Shown here one piece after another: positions 28,077 through 32,000 of a DNA stretch of 32,000 nucleotides (the stretch's first letter is position 1; each line of letters starts with the position of its first letter). The notes below the pieces were generated by a model, which did no database searches, was not told the origin of the DNA, and worked only from the letters and a program-made list of their open reading frames with translations. Location: positions 810,001 through 842,000 of the forward strand of contig NC_000964.3 in NCBI RefSeq assembly GCF_000009045.1, read 5' to 3'. Source of the DNA: Bacillus subtilis subsp. subtilis str. 168 (lineage in GTDB: Bacteria; Bacillota; Bacilli; Bacillales; Bacillaceae). Position numbers and translations under genes: made by a program.

Positions 28077-28742
28077 ATGAAACAAGAGCGCTATTCAGTT
28101 CTTTCTCTTAATCTGGGAAAACCGCAGACGCTTGAATATGACGGAAAGAAAATCGAAACCGGCATCATGAAGCGGCCGGCTAAATCAGCCGTCATGCTGT
28201 ATCGGGAGAATTTTGAAGGAGACGGACAGGCGGACCTCGTCAACCACGGCGGACCTGATAAGGCTGTCTGTGTCTACCCGGCGGAGCATTATCCGTTTTG
28301 GGAAGAGTTCCTCTCAAGACCGCTGTCAAATGCCGCATTTGGAGAAAATCTGACGGTCGCGGGCCTGACTGAGGAGAATGTTTGCATCGGGGATGTGTTC
28401 AGACTTGATGAAGCTGTTGTTCAGGTCAGCCAGCCGCGCCAGCCGTGTGTAAAGCTGGCGAAAAAGTTTGGTGTAAAAGAAATGGTGCTGAAGGTCCAGC
28501 AAACCGGCTATACAGGGTTTTATTTTCGCGTGCTGGAGGAGGGCAGGGTGTCTCCCGGCGCGAACCTTGAATTGCTGTCCAGAGGAGAGAAAGGCATATC
28601 CGTCCAGTTCGCGAACCGCATCAACTACCATGATGCAAAAAATCTCACCGCCATTGAACGGATTTTAAGTGAGGCTGCACTATCGGAAAGCTGGAGAGCG
28701 TCCTTTATGAAAAAAAAGGACAGGCTGCTGCCGGTTGAATAG
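28077..28742 (+). CDS. yflK: MOSC-domain protein
   Basis: 221 aa; NHGGPDKAVCVYPAEHYPFW, FGENLTVAGLTEENVCIGDVFR, QVSQPRQPCVKLAKKF. Confidence 0.9.
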   Translation: MKQERYSVLSLNLGKPQTLEYDGKKIETGIMKRPAKSAVMLYRENFEGDGQADLVNHGGPDKAVCVYPAEHYPFWEEFLSRPLSNAAFGENLTVAGLTEENVCIGDVFRLDEAVVQVSQPRQPCVKLAKKFGVKEMVLKVQQTGYTGFYFRVLEEGRVSPGANLELLSRGEKGISVQFANRINYHDAKNLTAIERILSEAALSESWRASFMKKKDRLLPVE

Positions 28743-28777
28743 AAAAAAGCCGCGCATATCAACGTGCGCGGCTTTGC
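28743..28777. terminator. Bidirectional terminator
   Basis: aaaaaagCCGCGCA-tatcaacg-TGCGCGGcttt. Confidence 0.8.
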
Positions 28778-28782
28778 CATAT

Positions 28783-28920
28783 TTAAGATTGTTTTTTCTT
28801 TGATTCAAGCAGGTTGGCAAGAAAATAGGTTTTATAGCTTTGAAGCTTTCTTCCTTCATGGTGCGTGATCCCCTGCTTTTTTAGTTCTGCCACATACCAG
28901 CCTTTACTGCCGTAATGCAT
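28783..28920 (-). CDS. yflJ: 45-aa conserved-looking small protein (absent from the ORF track)
   Basis: AAAGGAG upstream; MHYGSKGWYVAELKKQGITHHEGRKLQSYKTYFLANLLESKKKQS; stop at 28783-28785. Confidence 0.75.
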   Translation of the reverse strand: MHYGSKGWYVAELKKQGITHHEGRKLQSYKTYFLANLLESKKKQS

Positions 28921-29076
28921 GTCAGAAAACTCCTTTCCCTATCTGATTTCGAAACGATTGGCATTGTAACATCTATAAAAAGATGCTGAAAAGAGATGCG
29001 GGGAAAACTGAGCCTTTCGCACTAGATGTACGAATGTTCTTCTGAATGTATATGCGGAGCAAAAGCCGAATATGAT

Positions 29077-29232
29077 TTAATGGCCGGTTAGTTTGATCAT
29101 GACAACGCCAAATGTCATAATGGCGAAAACAATGCCGATATATGTGAGCATCCCGTTTTTTTTCTTAACGCCGTAAACGGTCATAATGATGCCTTCAATG
29201 AAAAAAATGATGCCGAAAATAATAAACCACAT
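29077..29232 (-). CDS. yflI: Small membrane protein (start uncertain, 51 aa or 60 aa)
   Basis: [51 protein letters not shown], two TM segments. Confidence 0.65.
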
Positions 29233-29338
29233 GCAGATAAAGGCTCCTTTCACAGACATAATAGTAGTGTAGCATATCTGAAAGAGCCGGGCTGTGACAA
29301 TATCAAGAAAGCCGGGCGCATATCGCCCGGCTCATGTT

Positions 29339-29653
29339 TTATTGTTTATCAACCAATTTGACCAGAAGCTGTGCCAAATGTTCTTTCTCATCTTCGTCTG
29401 CAACGCTCCAAAGCTCTTGCAGCAGCATTTCTTCACCGTTTTGCGGCTCTTCATGCTTTGCGAGGTAGTCTCCCAGGATCGCAGCGCTTTTTACAAGCTT
29501 GCCGTCATCCAATCCCAGCTTTTTGCCTCGGTTGACTTGTTTTTTCAGGTAGCCTTTAAATTCCTCAAAGTCTTTTAAAATGTCTTCTTTTATTGTGCCA
29601 TGCATCGCGTTCATTTCGTTTTCAATTTGGATTTTTTCTTGATCTCTGTTCAT
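29339..29653 (-). CDS. yflH: Small conserved cytosolic protein
   Basis: GAGGAGG upstream of ATG 29653; 104 aa, highly charged helical. Confidence 0.78.
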   Translation of the reverse strand: MNRDQEKIQIENEMNAMHGTIKEDILKDFEEFKGYLKKQVNRGKKLGLDDGKLVKSAAILGDYLAKHEEPQNGEEMLLQELWSVADEDEKEHLAQLLVKLVDKQ

Positions 29654-29734
29654 TGCAAGACCTCCTCGTACAGAATAATGATGCTTTACCTGCAATTGGA
29701 GGAGGTTAAACCTGCCGGAAGCCCGGAATGTGTT

Positions 29735-30484
29735 TTACAGTTTCGTCAGGATAATCGGTTCATCTTTTGTGATGACGATCGTGTGTTCAACTTGGGCAAC
29801 CATGCTTTTATCCGGCGTCTTGAACGTCCAGCCGTCTCCAGCTTCAACAATCGTTTCTGCTTTCGTTGAAATAAACGGTTCAAGCGCGATGACTGTGCCA
29901 TTTTTGAACAGCGCATTATCAAACGGATCATAATAGTTCATGATGTGGTTCGGCGCTTCATGCAGGCTTCGGCCGATTCCGTGGCCGGTCAGGGTTTTGA
30001 TGACGGTAAAGCCTTGAGAGCGTGCTTCATGATAAACGGCTCTTCCGATCTGGTTTTGGCGCTTGCCCGCTTTTGCCTGCTGAAGCCCCTTTTGAAAAGC
30101 GTTTTCCGCGCATTGGCAAAGCTTATGAAGGCGTTCTTCTCCTTCACCGAGCACAAATGAGATGCCTGTGTCGGAATAGAAGCCGCCAAATTCAGCGGAG
30201 ATGTCGATGTTGACAAGGTCCCCTGCTTTTAAAATTTTGGATGTGCTTGGTATGCCGTGAGCCACTTCATCATTTACGCTGATACATGTCACACCTGGAA
30301 AATCGTATTCCTTCTCAGGAGCTGAAACGGCGCCGTGCTCATCAAGCACAGCTTTTCCGATAAGGTCAAGGTCTTTTGTGCTCATGCCGGGCTCTGCCTT
30401 CCGCTTCATTTCTTCACGCGCAAGCGCGACGATTCTTCCGATTTTTTTCAGGCCTTCTAATTCTTGATCGTTTGTTACAATCAT
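29735..30484 (-). CDS. mapB: Type I methionine aminopeptidase
   Basis: MIVTNDQELEGLKKIGRIVA, GIPSTSKILKAGDLVNIDISAEFGGFYSDTGISF, TGHGIGRSLHEAPNHI, VAQVEHTIVIT. Confidence 0.94.
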   Translation of the reverse strand: MIVTNDQELEGLKKIGRIVALAREEMKRKAEPGMSTKDLDLIGKAVLDEHGAVSAPEKEYDFPGVTCISVNDEVAHGIPSTSKILKAGDLVNIDISAEFGGFYSDTGISFVLGEGEERLHKLCQCAENAFQKGLQQAKAGKRQNQIGRAVYHEARSQGFTVIKTLTGHGIGRSLHEAPNHIMNYYDPFDNALFKNGTVIALEPFISTKAETIVEAGDGWTFKTPDKSMVAQVEHTIVITKDEPIILTKL

Positions 30485-30590
30485 CTGTCATTCCCGCTTT
30501 CTTTTTAAATAATCTAGATTAAGCTTACCACAACTGTCTTAAAAATAGGAAACACACGGACCTGGGAAAAAAGAAATACCCCCGGGAAAA

Positions 30591-30610
30591 TTGGTATAGA
30601 TCACTAGATA
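30591..30610 (+). promoter_or_regulatory. Possible NagR-type (GntR/HutC) operator upstream of nagP
   Basis: ATTGGTATAGATCACTAGAT region resembles the palindromic TGGTCTAGACCA-type site; judged from memory, not computed. Confidence 0.4.
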
Positions 30611-30655
30611 TCTTATATGGTATATTTGAAAAAAAAGGGTATGAGGGGGATGGGT

Positions 30656-32000
30656 ATGCTTTCATTTTTACAAAAACTCGGGAAGTCATTTATGCTCCCG
30701 ATTGCGGTTCTGCCTGCGGTTGGAATTATCCTTGCGCTTGGCAGAGAGGATGTATTTAATATCCCGTTTGTCTATCAGGCGGGGACGGCGGTTTTTGATC
30801 ATCTGCCGCTTATTTTTGCGATCGGTATTGCCATCGGCATTTCAAAAGACAGCAATGGGGCAGCGGGTTTATCAGGGGCGATATCGTATCTGATGCTTGA
30901 CGCGGCAACAAAGACAATTGATAAAACAAATAACATGGCGGTGTTTGGGGGAATTATTGCCGGTTTAATTGCCGGTTACACCTATAACCGCTTCAAGGAT
31001 ACCAAGCTGCCTGAATATCTCGGGTTCTTCAGTGGCAGACGGCTTGTGCCGATTTTAACAGCCATTATTACGATCATTTTAGCGGGCATATTCGGAGTGG
31101 TCTGGCCGCCGATTCAATCGTGTATCAACTCGTTTGGAGAGTGGATGCTCGGGCTCGGCGGCATCGGGGCAGGCATATTCGGCCTATTCAACAGGCTGTT
31201 AATTCCGCTTGGCCTTCACCATGTGCTGAACAATATTTTCTGGTTCCAATTCGGAGAATATAACGGAGTGACAGGGGATTTGGCGCGCTTTTTCGCGAAA
31301 GATCCGACTGCGGGCACATATATGACCGGATTTTTCCCAATCATGATGTTCGGTCTTCCGGCGGCGTGTCTGGCTATGGTTGTGACTGCGAAGCCGTCTA
31401 AACGGAAAGCGACGGCTGGAATGATGATTGGATTTGCTTTAACGGCGTTTATCACAGGGATTACGGAGCCGATTGAGTTTGCATTTATGTTTTTATCTCC
31501 GCTTTTATACGCTGTTCACGCGGTCTTAACCGGGTTATCTTTATTTATCGTCAACTGGCTCGGCATCCGCTCAGGCTTCTCTTTTTCAGCCGGAGCTATC
31601 GATTATGTGCTCAGCTATGGAATCGCGGAAAAACCGCTGCTTCTGCTTTTGGTAGGTATATGCTATGCGGCAGTATACTTTATCGTGTTTTATGTACTGA
31701 TTAAGGCTTTGAATTTAAAAACGCCTGGACGGGAAGACGATGATGTGGATGAAGTGCTGGATGAAAATACTGTTCAGGATGTAAATGAAAACATCATGCT
31801 GAAAGGGCTCGGCGGAAAAGAAAACCTTCAAACCATTGATCATTGCGCCACAAGGCTGCGACTGACTGTGAAGGATACCGCTTTGGTGGATGAAGCACTG
31901 CTAAAGAAAGCAGGCGCAAAAGGGGTTGTCAAATCGGGCGGGCAATCGGTTCAAGTCATTATTGGCCCGAATGTGGAATTTGCAGCTGAGGAATTGAGGG
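30656..32000 (+). CDS. nagP: PTS N-acetylglucosamine-type EIICB component (3'-truncated by the window edge)
   Basis: Open from ATG 30656 (MLSFLQKLGKSFMLPIAVLPAVGIILALG...) to the window end; includes FGLFNRLLIPLGLHH and the EIIB site IDHCATRLRLTV. Confidence 0.92.
   Translation, partial: MLSFLQKLGKSFMLPIAVLPAVGIILALGREDVFNIPFVYQAGTAVFDHLPLIFAIGIAIGISKDSNGAAGLSGAISYLMLDAATKTIDKTNNMAVFGGIIAGLIAGYTYNRFKDTKLPEYLGFFSGRRLVPILTAIITIILAGIFGVVWPPIQSCINSFGEWMLGLGGIGAGIFGLFNRLLIPLGLHHVLNNIFWFQFGEYNGVTGDLARFFAKDPTAGTYMTGFFPIMMFGLPAACLAMVVTAKPSKRKATAGMMIGFALTAFITGITEPIEFAFMFLSPLLYAVHAVLTGLSLFIVNWLGIRSGFSFSAGAIDYVLSYGIAEKPLLLLLVGICYAAVYFIVFYVLIKALNLKTPGREDDDVDEVLDENTVQDVNENIMLKGLGGKENLQTIDHCATRLRLTVKDTALVDEALLKKAGAKGVVKSGGQSVQVIIGPNVEFAAEELR

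Overview
This 32 kb window looks like a Bacillus subtilis-group chromosome segment, the yfmR-to-nagP neighbourhood, recognised from gene content and order. No database search was run. The order is: ABC-F protein (5'-truncated), yfmQ, MerR regulator and MFS pump, a decayed gene, a second ABC-F protein, DEAD-box helicase, GNAT acetyltransferase, NADP-dependent oxidoreductase, an AT-rich accessory island (about 9.03-12.6 kb), an iron-siderophore ABC operon with a Fur-box-like site, a sigma-B-type stress gene, secreted pectate lyase, a DASS transporter, citST plus a Bug/TctC-like binding protein, citM, an MBL hydrolase, nitric oxide synthase, acylphosphatase, MOSC protein, three small genes, methionine aminopeptidase, and the start of a GlcNAc-type PTS EIICB. 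The most interesting region is the island. A 23-codon ORF absent from the supplied track (MRKLRKNWRKSIVSPVLYTNEKW, 10729-10800) has a very strong ribosome-binding site and a hairpin on each side. It lies directly upstream of a protein with a SUMF1/FGE-fold C-terminal domain that lacks the canonical copper-binding cysteine pair, and it is divergent from an MFS exporter. Together these form a candidate minimal peptide-modification/export system, which is a hypothesis. The island is bracketed by decayed transposase-like fragments. Other observations are a 27-aa leader ORF coupled to the helicase gene, a multi-frameshift pseudogene at 3904-4347, and a 45-aa gene missing from the ORF track.
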